A DNA stretch of 46,113 nucleotides from Candidatus Altimarinota bacterium (GTDB lineage Bacteria > Patescibacteriota > Gracilibacteria > BD1-5 > UBA2023): positions 1 to 46,113 of the forward strand of contig JAYWCE010000131.1 in assembly GCA_043780775.1 (NCBI GenBank), read 5' to 3'. How positions within the stretch are numbered: the stretch's first letter is position 1; each line of letters opens with the position of its first letter. Shown here piece by piece: positions 32,688 through 45,950 of the stretch. Under the pieces are notes generated by a model. That model searched no databases. It was not told the origin of the DNA and worked only from the letters and a program-made list of their open reading frames with translations. A program made the translations under genes and the position numbers.

Positions 32688-33847
32688 TCAGCAGATATTA
32701 TCACGATCAAACCCAACACCATGAGATGTACCAATACGAATACATTGAGTGCGAGAAATGCTCCTCCAAGAAGAATTGCAGTCTGCAGTTCTTCTTTTTG
32801 GTTTTTCCAATGACTAACCAGAGTATATCCGAGTAGAGTAAGTGGCAATATCCCATACTGGAATAGTATATCGAGAAATACATTGTGAGAGGAATCGATC
32901 AGGCCTGTAGGAGGAAAATAGGCATCTACGATGAGCGAGCGAGCAGTAGTAAAATGAGATACTATTGAATCAGGACCGAATCAGATCAAAAATGAAATCG
33001 GCTCTCGCAGCATCATAGAAATACTCTCTCGCATCAGGACGAACCGACTCGTGAGTGATAGTATCTTCTCAGAATCGAGATAGAGGCTCCCGATATAGCT
33101 ACCAACTAGAGCAAAAACCAGAACCCCAACGAGCGAAATCACAGCTGAAATACCAACATAACGAAGCAGAGAGTAGAGTAAATAGAGTCCGAGTAGAGCA
33201 ATGGCAATATAGCTCCCTGTTGTCACTATGGCGAGTGATAGGAGTCCGAGTACGATCCATCTCTCAGGAGAACGAATCCAAGCAAGCAATGGAATAAAAA
33301 GAAGTAGGTACCCAGCTACATAGTTCGGGTTGCCGAGCGTGCTCGATGATCGCCCAGGATACATCGATAGCATATCCGATCTCCCATAGATATCGAATAT
33401 GCCACCCATATGCTCTCAGAGAGCGATCAGGGCAACAAGAATAGCACTTGCAGTGCTCCATGAGATATATTGTCTCAGTTGCTCTCTCGGGCTCGCTATC
33501 AGGAGGAGAATGAGCCAGAGAATACTACTATAGAAGAGGTACCCATGGTGTTTTTCATAACTTCCAAGCAACCAGGCCATATCGATAGATCAGTTAAAAT
33601 AGAGTGCCGATACAATGGGAATAACGAGCAAGAGAGCAATAGTATGAGCATATTTGCGTACGATATCCCAAATACGACATGGATAACGTATCAGTCACTC
33701 TATACATGCAATGAAGAGTAGGATCAGGAAGAAATATACCTTGTATCGCTCGAACGAATAACTCTCTCCTATAGTCAGACCAAGTGGTGAGAATACATGA
33801 GAGAAGTAGAGTGGAAGTGAGAAAAAAAGAACACGAAGCGAATACAT
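32657..33847 (-). CDS. Wzy_C / O-antigen-ligase-like membrane protein (mirror copy)
   Basis: Exact reverse complement of 12268..13458. Confidence 0.6.
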
Positions 33848-33853
33848 AAATAG

Positions 33854-34234
33854 TTAGTCATTTTGAAATGCGCTTTCTAAGCTCTCTAATCACCACTGTA
33901 ATTGATCTTTATCATCCTTTCAAATATTGAGTTCCGATATTCTCTCTCGTACAACGATACTGAGTTTGGGTGCTCCTCCGAACCGCAGTCACAGTATTGC
34001 TCATTCTTTGCGTATTTCTTGTCCATTATCAGAAGATATTTCAATTTCTGTCCATTCAAGATTTCGAGTTGGATCTTTTATAGTTGTGTTTATTTTTAAT
34101 GAAAGCTCTGAGGCAACTTTATGTATATGAGACCATGACATGCCTGTGATAGTATCTCAAGTCAAAAGAGATCAGACTTGTGCTTCTGAAATGTATATTT
34201 TTATATCTGGTTGTTTGTTGATTAATGCAATCAT
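33854..34234 (-). CDS. Hypothetical protein, code-25-only ORF (mirror copy)
   Basis: Exact reverse complement of 11881..12261. Confidence 0.4.
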
Positions 34235-34242
34235 ATGAAAAA

Positions 34243-34449
34243 TTATTTCCCCATAAATTTCTGTATAATCATCAATGGAATCTTCTCAAACTCTGATGCA
34301 TAGCCAACAACACGATCAGCGAAACCGAGAATCCGCTCGATACGATCCATCGTCTTGTAGACTCTATAGAGGATCATCGAGATAAGTGTGCCAATCGGGA
34401 GCAGGATGATCGCGAGGACCATATAGAGGATGTCGAGGGCGTTGAACAT
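34243..34449 (-). CDS. Small hypothetical membrane protein (mirror copy)
   Basis: Exact reverse complement of 11666..11872. Confidence 0.4.
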   Translation of the reverse strand: MFNALDILYMVLAIILLPIGTLISMILYRVYKTMDRIERILGFADRVVGYASEFEKIPLMIIQKFMGK

Positions 34450-34476
34450 GGTAGAGAATATTAGTTAGTTATGAGA

Positions 34477-34962
34477 CTAGAGTGATTGGAGTGGGTCCAG
34501 TATCGGTTGGTCTTTTGGTTCTATTTTTATGTATACTGGAGCTTGCCACCACTGCTTGATTGCCGTGATATCAGTAGAGTGAAACGTCTCTTCTCACTGG
34601 AATATAACTCGCATATCGAGTGGACTCATGAGTCCCAGATGAGTCGCAAGATCTCGCGACTCGACGAGTGAGACATACCGGAGTCGAGCTGTATCCATGA
34701 ATGCTCGAGTCAACCAGAGAAGAGAGAGGAGTCGGATCTCCTGAGCTATAGGCTGCGTCTCATCATAGGCAATGAGTATAACTCGCTTCTCAGTGATGAG
34801 CGTATCGTACTCAGCTTGTGTTTTGATAAAAAGAGGTGTCATCTGTATCTGTTCTTCTGTGAATTCTGCAGCCTTTTTTCCATATTGTTTTGCTCGGTCG
34901 AGATACGGATCCATCTTGGAGATATATGGTGTCATTGTTTCTGTGAGTTTTTTCCAGTCCAT
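34477..34962 (-). CDS. Hypothetical, possibly thioredoxin-fold protein (mirror copy)
   Basis: Exact reverse complement of 11153..11638. Confidence 0.4.
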
Positions 34963-34975
34963 AGATGATGAGTTA

Positions 34976-36007
34976 TTATGTGTCTAGTATACCAGGAGAG
35001 CCCATTTGTTGCAAATCTTTTTTAGGAGAACCGAGAATACTCAGGAAATCGGGCGGATATGGTGCCTGGATCATGAGTTTTTTATGAGTTCGAGGGTGCA
35101 CAAAGGTCAGAGACTGAGCATGGAGGAGCTGACGAGTGATACCCAGATCACGGCGGATATATGAGTTGATACTCTTGTCACCATATGCCCGATCAGCGAG
35201 GACTGGATGTCCGATATACGCCATATGGACACGGATCTGGTGTGTGCGGCCCGTCTCGATACGACACTCGAGGAGAGAGAAGGACTGATGAGCAATGAAT
35301 GTCTGGAGTACAGTATAATGAGTTATGGCACTCTGTCCTGCCCCATCGACTCGGACTTTTGCCTCATTTTTGGCATTGTCGATCCGCAGGAGTCGGGCTC
35401 GGATCGTATCCTGTCGCTTGGTAGGGATACCGAGCACGATCGTGTGATAGACCTTCTCCATATCATGGGCCTGGAGCTCGGTCAATAGCGTTTCGAGTAC
35501 TGACTTATCCTTGGCAATGAGGAGACAACCACTCGTATCACGATCGATCCTATGCACGAGAGCAGGGCGGAATGTGAGACTGTCATATCGTCCTTGGAGA
35601 TAGTCTTGCACCTGATCGATGATATTGGATTCCTTCGTCTTATGATCTCCAGCATGGACATTGATTCCAGCGGGTTTGTTCACCACCATCAGATACTCAT
35701 CCTCATAGAGGATATCGAGCTCAACTATCTCTTTTTGTTTTTCTCGGGTTTCCATTGTGACACTATCACTCTTTCATTTGATATCAGCCACGAATCCCTC
35801 CATCTCGATATCCGTGAGCCAGAACGATACCTCATCTCAGAGTTCCAATTTATAGGTCTGATCTTTTCGTTTTGTATTTACCTTGATCTTGCCAGTCCGT
35901 AGCATCTTGAAAATACCACCGAGTGGAGCACCAGGGAGATATTTGCGGACAAATCGGTCGAGCCGTTGTCCAGCATCAGCAGGATGAGAGATAACTAGAG
36001 AGATCAT
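34976..36007 (-). CDS. rluD: RluD-like pseudouridine synthase (mirror copy)
   Basis: Exact reverse complement of 10108..11139. Confidence 0.85.
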
Positions 36008-36912
36008 TATTGGAGAATAGCGAAGTCAGTAGCAGTGTTGGTTGTAATCTGTGGTATACGCACCTGGCGAGAGCGGAGGTATCCGAGCACATAGGCTGAC
36101 GAGTCAATGATCATATATTGACTCGGTATTGTTACAGGAAAACTAATCTGGTATTCAAGAAATGGGAATGATTGTCATAAATCTGTCACAAATGAGCGTA
36201 TCATTGATAACTTCAGGGTACATTGAAATCAGGCACAATTTGATCCATACGCACTATAAAAGTTTCAAAATTGCATCGATACTCCAGTATTTGTAAGTCC
36301 ATTTTTACTAGTAAGTGTAGGAAGCGGTGTATTGTTTGTGATATGGATTCATTGAAAAATCTCTGTTTCTCCACTTGCGTAGAGTGATGCTCATGAATAT
36401 CCAAAAGTCCAAAGGATAACTCCTGAGCTACTAGAACTCCCAGTATTGCTAACTGCACCTAGGATACTAGGAACTCTAAAATGAAAAATCACAGTACTCC
36501 AATCAATAATTCCAGCAGGAATAACGATCTGAACTGGTTCACCTATACCGATAATATTCCAGTTAGAGTCAAATGAGCTATTTCATTTTCATGGAAGTCC
36601 TCATGCTCACTGTTCAGGCATCATCGTGCCACCCGTATATGCTGTGAGTGTCCGTCATGTAGCAGCAGTTCATTCTATTTTTGTAGGTATCTTCCATGGT
36701 TCTGCTCTGGTCATCAGGCCATCCATCAGTTGTTCCTCGATGAGTCCTGTAGCGAGATAATAGGACTGAGCAGAGTTACCGATACCACCACTCGTCTTCC
36801 CAAGATTCAGGATTTTCTCGAGAAAACTGGTCGTCAAGATCGTCAGTAACACGACGATAATGAGCCCGACGATAAGGGCAGAGCCCCTATGTGATTGAGT
36901 AGGATTATACAT
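36007..36912 (-). CDS. PilX-like / pseudopilin-type protein (mirror copy)
   Basis: Exact reverse complement of 9203..10108. Confidence 0.5.
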
Positions 36913-38854
36913 TTGGTTTGGTGGTAATGATTTTCTCTTCGAAATAGGATGAGAGTATTTCGATACCCACATGTTCACCTCCCGCGAAGAAGAGTCCTGT
37001 ACCAACCGAGGCATTCAGGAGGATATATTTCTCTTGTTCGGTGAGTTTGAATACGTTCTGCAGGACATCGATGGATGCAGGTGACTGCTTGAGAAGGAGT
37101 TGGATCGATGAGTTAGTCACGATCGCCTTGCCATATGATGATCCCATGAAGTCCTCGACATCCTGGGTGATCGTCGTGACCCCGAGTCCATATTTTCGAG
37201 CTCTTTTTACAAGACCAAAAAGAAATTTCGCTGAGTCCTCATATTGCATGATATTCCATGCCTCATCGACGACGAGGAATCGCTTCTTCTCACTCGATCT
37301 CGCTACATTCCACACGTAGGTAAGGAGGATATACATAGCGATCGGGCGGAGAATATCATCGAGGTCTCGTACAGAGAAGACGACGAGTCATCACTTGAGG
37401 TCGACATTCGTCGGTCGAGAGAATACTCCAGAAAACACTCCGAATATATACTTCTCGAGTCGATTTACGAGTCAAACAGCTCCATCCATCGTTTCGAGAA
37501 CCGAGTAGAGATCCTTCAGGAGTGGTATCTCTTTGCCATCGATAGAGTCATCCTCCATCGTGATGCCCTTGAGTGAGTAGGTCGTGATGATCGCCTTCTC
37601 GAGGAGTGCTTCTTCATTCGGAGTGATGATACCGAGCATGAGCCTGAGGAGTCCGATCATATTCACGATAGCTCAGCGGAGAAGATCCCCAATATGGGTT
37701 TCACTATCTTTGAGTGAACGTGGGAGATCGAACGGATTGATCTTCTCATTGGAATTCAGGGAAATATTGAGATACGTACCTCAGACCGTATCTACGAGTG
37801 CTTTGTACTCATTCTCTGGATCGAGGACGATGACATCTGTCCCCATCATGAGGGCCCTGAGGATCTCGAGTTTCACGGCGAACGATTTTCATCATCCTGA
37901 CTTGGCAAATACACACATATTGGCGTTCTCAGAACGGAATCGGTCGAATATGATGAGTGACTTATTATGAGTATTTATACCATAGAATATCCCATCATCC
38001 TGAGAGAGAGAGTTGGAGCTAAATGGAAATGTAGTAGAGAGACCCTTTGTTGAGATATTGCGGAACACATTGACTTCATCACGAGCAAATGGACCCGTCG
38101 CAATGAATCCTTGCTCTGCCCTGAGAAATGTTTGCTTTGTGAGGATATTGCGGCCTGCGAGCATCATATCGAGCATATTCGTCAGTTTTTTCATCTCATC
38201 TTCACTCTCTGCATAGGTCGTGATATAGAGTGAGAAGTGAAAATACTTCTCCTGACCACGCGTGAGATATTGCTGGAGTTCTTCAACATCTTGGATCTGA
38301 GCATCGAGATGGGGATCTCCGATGAGTCATTTGCCATTATTCATAGCTCGCTGTGATCCGAGTTGAGTGAGTCGCTTACGGAGAAACTTCATCACACGAG
38401 CTGAATCAACTGGATAGATATACATAGAGATATCAAACTTCACATCCCAGTTGATGAGCGGTGAGAGCCAATTCCCCTCGAGCACATCAGGATAGGCATA
38501 GGTGAATATTGTCCGAACATAGGTATCTCCGATTTGGAGCTTGGTTGGGTCAATCCGCATCATCGCAGGAGCAATCGCATCCTTGATGAATGCCAGTGAC
38601 TCATTGTATTCCCTCTCAGTATCCTTGAGTTCCATCGCCTCTTCTCGCGTCAGCTTGCGATCTCCAGCATCGATATATGATGGCACTGATACAGCAGTAC
38701 TCGGTGATACTGATAGATTTGGCGAAGGTGTCGAAGTTGGCGATATAACGGTATTATGAGATCCAGAAAAAGATACTGGAGTGAGTGATTCGAGTCATTC
38801 AACATCTCAGGTATAGTTTTTGGTGATGAGTTCTGTGAGAGTAGGGAGAGACAT
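36905..38854 (-). CDS. VirB4-like type IV secretion ATPase (mirror copy)
   Basis: Exact reverse complement of 7261..9210. Confidence 0.8.
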
Positions 38855-38866
38855 GGGTGGTATATG

Positions 38867-40075
38867 TTATGTTACAGATTGTTCTATTTTTTTGAGTCAC
38901 CAGTTCCATTCAGTTATATTGGTGCTATCTATATGCTTATAGATATCGAGGAGAGTTTGTGCTTCTTGTCAATCACTATTATATCCCACAACAGCGAGAG
39001 AGATATCATCATACTGTTTATGTTTATACCCCATCCATGCAGAGAGATCGATAGTAAGTTGGCGAAATATATTTTCTGGATTTTTGATATTTATAGACAT
39101 GAGCGAATCTATAATATGATCAACACCAAAGAGTCTACCTGTCTGTTCAGAGCGATATCTTGCCTCACTGATACCATCAGTATAGAGTACGATGATATCT
39201 CCGGGATCAAAAGCAATCTGTTGTTCTTTGAGAATTTTAGTAGAATCTTTAACCATACCAAGTGCAACACCACCACTTTTAACTTTATAAACCTTATTTT
39301 CCTTAGTCTTATATACGAGGAGAAATTCATGTCCTGCACCTGTATAGTACATTTTTTTGGCTGTAGCATCCCAACGGAGCATCACTGCCGTCATCATCAT
39401 ATTCTGTTTGATACGAGGTTTGAGAATCAGATTTGTCTGTGCAAGGATGTTTGCGCCATTGGATTCAGAGAGGGAGAATGCAGATACCAGAGCATTGACC
39501 ATCATCATGACGAATCCTGATGGTACCCCATGTCCAGTGACATCACCAATATAGATATAGTGATTATTATCACGACCAGGGATAATATCGAGCGAGTCTC
39601 CACCAACCTCTGATGCTGGAGTTGTCGCCATAGCGATGGTGAGTCCTGGTACTATAATATTCTGGTAATCAAGTGTCTGCTTCTGGATCTCACTCGCGAT
39701 CTCAACCTCAGATCGGAGCTTGCGACCATCACGGAGTTCTTGTTTGAATACTCGTAGAATCTGAAGTGATTTAATAAAAAATATAATAACCTGATTCATT
39801 CCTCCGCTCCATGCATTTGGTTGTATTTGTGGCTCCTCTTGGATACCCGTCATAAAACGAGCAATATCCCTTGTTAATAGCTGAATGGGGCCGATATACG
39901 CCTTATACAGGATAGTATAAAGTATTGGAAATTGAATAATAATCAGAATCGAGGCAAGAATCGTATTTGAATTTACATAGTCACTCATAAATCCATATTC
40001 TCAAAATCAAAAAAGAATAAAGCCATCCACAATAACAAGAAGTGAAACAATAATGGGGAGGATTTGGTGAAGCAT
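38867..40075 (-). CDS. Membrane PP2C/SpoIIE-type phosphatase (mirror copy)
   Basis: Exact reverse complement of 6040..7248. Confidence 0.8.
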
Positions 40076-40086
40076 AATAATGGGAA

Positions 40087-43071
40087 TTATTGAGTTGATT
40101 TATTGGTATCAGTGATTGGAACTATTGAGTCTGCTTCTTCACGGACTATCCCCATGCGAGCCTCGAGTTCCATATCAACATATTCTTTTTTACGCCCATA
40201 CATTTTTCGAGAGTATTCCTTGATGATCTTTGAGACCTCAGCATTCTTATAGGTATTGTCCCAGAGCGTTTTCATATCGAATGGCCTGGTGGTCGCATTG
40301 TCGATGTTGAGCTTGCAGTAGGTGGTGAAGTTCGCGATACCGATGATATCCTGTTGCGAGAGGAGCGGTGCGTATTCTTTTTCCAGATACTCTGCATCAT
40401 CCGCTCCAACCTTGAACGACATGATCGTCCCCGCATTCCCGAATACTGCATCCTTGATCGACGGTTTATCTCATTTTTTGGCTCCATTGCCACCGATCTG
40501 GGCGATGAACTGATGGGCCATGATGAGTGCGAGTCGATACTTGCGAGCCTCGGAGAGGATCTCCCCGAATGTATCCGTTGCAAAGTTCTGGAACTCATCT
40601 ACATAGAGATAAAAGTCCTTGCGGAGCTCCTCCGGCATATCCGCTCGACTCATCGCCGCCATATTGATCTTGGAAACCATTATCAAACCGAGAAGCTGAG
40701 CATTGAGATCTCCGATTTTTCCCTTGGAGAGATTTACCATGAGTACCTTCTGATCGTCCATCACCTTCCGCAGGTTAAATGCTGACTTCGTCTGACCGAT
40801 GATGTTTCGCATCGTCGTATTGGTGATGAATGGTCCGAATTTCGCAGAGAAAAATGGTATCATCTCCTGCTTCTCACGATCTCCAGTCTGAGCGTACTCA
40901 TGTTCCCAGAACGCTCTTACCATCACATTTTTGATTTTTGAGACTTTATATTTCATAAATGCTTCATCCACAAAGAGTCGTGGTACATCGATGAGTGTAC
41001 CACCATCCTCCGAATCATCCATGAGCGTGAGACATCCATTGCGGAAATAATGTTGGATTCGAGGACCGAATATCTCATCCCCATACATCTTGATGAATAT
41101 CGAGGTGGCATCGAGTGCCGCTCGATCTTTTTCTATTGCCTGCAGTGCTGGTTCGGTCGCGATGAGGTCAAGCATATTGAGTCCGAGTGGTCGCTCGTAG
41201 TCTGATGGATCGAATATGATCATATCTTGAGCCCGTTCCTTGGGCGTGAAGGCGAGGATATCCTCAACAAGATCCCCATGCGGATCGATCACACAGAGTC
41301 CATCCCCATTCCAGAGATCCTGACGAGCCAGGTATCCGATGAGTACTGACTTTCATCCTCCTGACTTACCGATGATATAGTGATGTCGTCCGCGATCCTT
41401 GCGATCAAAATATATCGGCGTCTTCATATTGCGATATTCATTCCATCCCATCAAAACTGCCTCTTTATAGAGAGGAAATCCCCCGAGCATTCGTTGAGCA
41501 TCGATCTGTACAGGGGTCTTGCCCGCATCGACCGGCTTGCCCATATCGGCTCCCTCTGAGAATACAGAGATAGGCATACCACCCGTGAGTTGGAGATTCT
41601 TGTTCTCATCTCGATAGAGGTTTTTATTTTTATCTACCCGCAAGAGCGATCCATCAGAGGTGAAAATGGAGCCCGACGCATCCCGCTTATAGTCCTTGAG
41701 GATGAGTGGGATTTTTGGGAACTTCAGATTCTGTGGGATCGAGAGCATCTTGTAGTCGAGCCACGCGATGATCGGGGACTTGTTATACTTGATATCAGGG
41801 AAATGGAATATCGTCGACATCTCATCAGAGGAGAATCGAGAGATCTTCTGGAAAATCCCGATGAGGCGATACCCAAATGCAAAATAACGAAGCGGCGTGA
41901 ATAGGATACGCAAGATATCCTCTATCATCTGCGGATTGTCGAGCTGATTATTGTATTCATCAGTAAAAATAGAGGTCGCAGCCACGAGGGACTGGAGCCC
42001 CTGATGAGCCGACTCACGGGTATCGGATGAAACCAATATGCGGATCGATGCCTCGAATCCTGGTTGTCCAGCCGATTCCCCCACCATCTTTTGTGCCTCA
42101 GTCTCTGCCTGATTGAATATCTTGTACGAGTCACCACTACTCGCCCCTGGTGCGTTCGATGCGGTTTCCTCATTGGCGATAAATCGAGAGAAAAACCAAG
42201 AAATCGGCGTGAGGAGAAATCCAATAGCACTCATAAAAAATCCATTCTTGAGTCCTTTTTTGTATTCTCCCTTCGCGACGAGGCCGGCCGCCTTCTTAGC
42301 CTTGCGATTCCAACTGTGCCCGAGTGGCTTCATCACTATCTGGATGGCTGCAACATCGGTTTTTTTGAGTGAACCGAAGTTGTTGGTAAATGACGAGAGT
42401 GGATCATCCTCGAAGTACTTGTAGGTCTTGAGTGGATAGATATCATCATTGCGTTTGCTTATAGACGCAGCCTCGAGCGCATATCATCGTGGCTTGATTT
42501 CTGGGAGATCGGCTTTCGCGATCAGTTTTACCTCAGCATCGGGATAGTTCGAGGTCACCTGTTGCGTGATCAGCGTCATATGCTCCTGATACGCCGCCAG
42601 ATAAAAATGAACCTGACCATTGGCGTAGATCATCTCAAGGGAGATCTTCGCATGAGCGAAGATGAAGTTGAGGATCGTATTCCACGCACTGATCGTCGAT
42701 ATCTTGTGAACACTCTTATAGAAGAGCGTCATGATACCGATCTTCTCTTTGAAGTCTTTTTTAGTATCTTGCTCCTTATCCAGCTTGGAGTCGGCACGAG
42801 GAAGGGTCACCTTCATATATCGCATACGGGGAGTCATCATCACCTCATAGGTGAGTCGCATCAGTCGGATACAAATCCAGATGATGATGACCGCGAGGAG
42901 GATATTGACGATATTCTCAGCAATATACATGAAACTCTCCCAGAGCGTAGACCAGAGTGATGGAGTCGCCTTTTCTGAGCGAGTAGCTGTTCTCACACTG
43001 ATCGCGAGAACAGGCTGGAATGTAGTGAATATCGCAACGATACTGAGGAAGAATCTGTTCATACTGCCCAT
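40087..43071 (-). CDS. VirD4/TraD-like coupling ATPase (mirror copy)
   Basis: Exact reverse complement of 3044..6028. Confidence 0.7.
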
Positions 43072-43222
43072 ATTAGCAGATACAGTGCATTTCACAAAAA
43101 AAAACCCAACTTTTTGCTTTACAACAGAACAAAATCGTGCAAAAGAAAATGAAAATCCGAGGAGTCACTTGCATTTCATGGTTGGATATCTACAATGCTC
43201 TGGAAATCCTAACTCGTACACT

Positions 43223-44737
43223 ATGCAAAAACTCTTCTCCTCATCCATCTACGGCATATCTGGTCATCTCGTAGAGGTCGAGGTTGATGTCATCACAGGG
43301 ATGGGACAGTTCACGGTCGTCGGACTCGGTGATGCAGCAATACAGGAGAGTCGAGAGCGAGTACGCAGTGCGGTGAAGAATTCTGGATATAGCTTCCCGG
43401 CTGGGGCCCGTATCACGGTGAACCTCGCACCAGCTGATCTGAGGAAGAAGTGACCCATCTATGATCTTCCGATTGCCCTCGGTATATTGGGCAAGGATAT
43501 AGATTTTCGGACAGATATAGTTTTAGAATCGCTCTTTCTCGGGGAGCTCGCTCTCGATGGACTCGTGAGACCGATCCAGTGAGCCCTCCCAGCAGCGATA
43601 CTCGCGAGAGAACTATGAATGAAGCGAATATTCCTCCCCATCGATAACACCCTCGAGGCATCAGTGATCCCTAATATCGATGTGATTGGCATTGCCTGTC
43701 TCGCCGATGCAGTCGATATCCTAACTGGAGATACCCCTATCCCAGCATGAGTAGTCCGACCAGACCCTGTAGAAAATGAGAAATGAATCTATTCACCCGA
43801 CTTCTCAGACATCATCGGACAGGAACATGCGAAGCGAGCCCTCCTCATCGCTGCTGCTGGCGGACACAATATCTTGATGCAGTGACCACCAGGAAGTGGT
43901 AAAACAATGCTAGCAAAAGCCATGGCAGGAATCCTCCCAGATATGGAACTCGAGGAACAGATCGAACTGTCGAAAATATATTCCGTAGCAGGGCTCCTGA
44001 CTCGGGATCTCCCACTCATTGTCGATCGTCCATTCCGAGTGATCCACCATACAGCGAGTGAGGCATCGATCATCGGTGGTGGTAGAGAGGCGAGACCTGG
44101 TGAGATATCACTCGCACACAAGGGAGTACTATTTCTCGATGAGTTCCTCGAATTCAGCAAATCTATACTCGAAACACTTCGCCAGCCTCTCGAAGATGGC
44201 GAGATCACGATCAACCGTGTCAATCAATCCTGTCGATATCCAGCTCGTTTTTCCCTCGTAGGTGCGATGAATCCATGTCCTTGTGGGTATATGGGTGATC
44301 CTGAGAAGCCGTGTGTTTGTTCGCCAATGGCGATCGACAAATATCGATCTCGTCTCTCTGGGCCCATCCTCGATCGTGTCGATATATTCATCCAGGTGCC
44401 ACGGGTCAAGACAGGTGAACTCTGAGAAAAACGATCTGGACAAACGAGTCGAGAGCTCAAGGAGAGAGTCATGAAAGCCAAAGAAATGCAACATACCAGA
44501 TTCGCAGGAAAACGCATCCACTCCAATGCTGAGATGTCGAATGTCGAGATCGAGCAGCTCGCAGATATCAGCCAAGATGGAATCAAGATCGCCATATCAT
44601 CGACAGAAAAGCTAAAGCTATCGACTCGAGTATATTATCGTATACTCCGCGTTGCCCGTACCATCGCCGATATTGATAGTTCGCCAACTGTCGAAGTTCG
44701 CCATATTCTCGAGGCACTCTCCTATCGTGGTAGCTAA
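43223..44737 (+). CDS. comM: ComM/YifB Mg-chelatase-like ATPase (mirror copy)
   Basis: Exact reverse complement of 1378..2892. Walker A TGA at 43883..43885. Frame checked codon by codon on this copy. Confidence 0.9.
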
Positions 44738-44746
44738 ATAAAAATT

Positions 44747-45298
44747 ATGTCATCCATCCTCTATATCAATCCACTCACTCCTGAGATCAACTTTCTAATT
44801 TTTGATTGAGAACAAACTATCACAAAAACTCTCGCTAAAAATCTCGACACGGCGTCGACATTTCCACGGATAGTTGTCGATATTGTCGATGAATATGGGA
44901 TCGATGAGATCTGGTGCGTCACGGGGCCAGGTCCATTCACACTCATGCGAGTTGTCACACTCTCGATCAATAGTCTCACCTATACAAGAGCTATCATCGT
45001 GAAGTCGTGTCATTTTTTTGATCTCATCACGAGTGAGAACCTACCAATCATCGAGGCCAATCCACGAGAATATCTCATCAGACAGGGTGACTCAGTTATC
45101 AGCATAGCGAAGGAGCTCCTTCCAATATGAGCCTATGAAGGGATATTCTCAGATATGATCTCGACAGAAGATACAAAATCCATACAATACAGAGAGGATA
45201 GAGTCAATATAACTCGTCTATTTGCCGTCAAACAAATAGAGAATCGTATCTCTCCTATATACTTCAAACCACCCCATATCACATGTTCGAAAACCTAA
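44747..45298 (+). CDS. tsaB: TsaB/YeaZ-like protein (mirror copy)
   Basis: Exact reverse complement of 817..1368. TGA at 45128..45130 is read through to TAA at 45296..45298. Confidence 0.7.
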
Positions 45299-45831
45299 AA
45301 ATCCCATCGCAAATACGAGCAGGTGAACATCTCCTTATGTTACTTCATCGTCATTGGATCGTTTTTGTATTCAAAATAGGATATCTATTGATGCTCATAG
45401 TAACCACATTCATTGTTCTAACAATGAATGTGACTCTCATTACAATATTTGGTACTGCGATATTCTGGGGCTGATTGAGCGTATACTGGATGCTATTTCT
45501 CACATTTATTCTCTTATCATGGATCAACAATGAGCTCGACCTCCTTATTATCACTGATCAACGGATCATTGGTATTGATCAAATTTCATCACTCTCAAGG
45601 AGAGTGAGTGAGTGTGGTCTGGACCGAGTCCAAGAGGTTAATGCTGAAGTTAATGGAATACTGCAAACAATTCTCCACTATGGACATATACATATTCATA
45701 CGGCGAGTGAGAACTCAGATATGATAATCAGCTATGCTCCGAATCCCGTAGAGAATGGAAATCGTATCAATACAATCATCAGCGAGTATCGAGCCCATCA
45801 CAATGTCCCAGCAAAAACACCAACTCTATAG
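45283..45831 (+). CDS. bPH-like membrane protein (mirror copy)
   Basis: Exact reverse complement of 284..832. Confidence 0.55.
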
Positions 45832-45872
45832 TAGAGTTGTCATATCGACCATTATAAAGCCATCTTGGAAAG

Positions 45873-45899
45873 AAAAAAGACAAAAAACTTGTCTTTTTT
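45873..45899 (+). terminator. Mirror copy of the terminator-like hairpin 216..242
   Basis: Exact reverse complement. Confidence 0.55.
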
Positions 45900-45950
45900 C
45901 TCTTTTTCATATAATGAGACTCATTCTCATTATTTTTTATCCTAATTTCT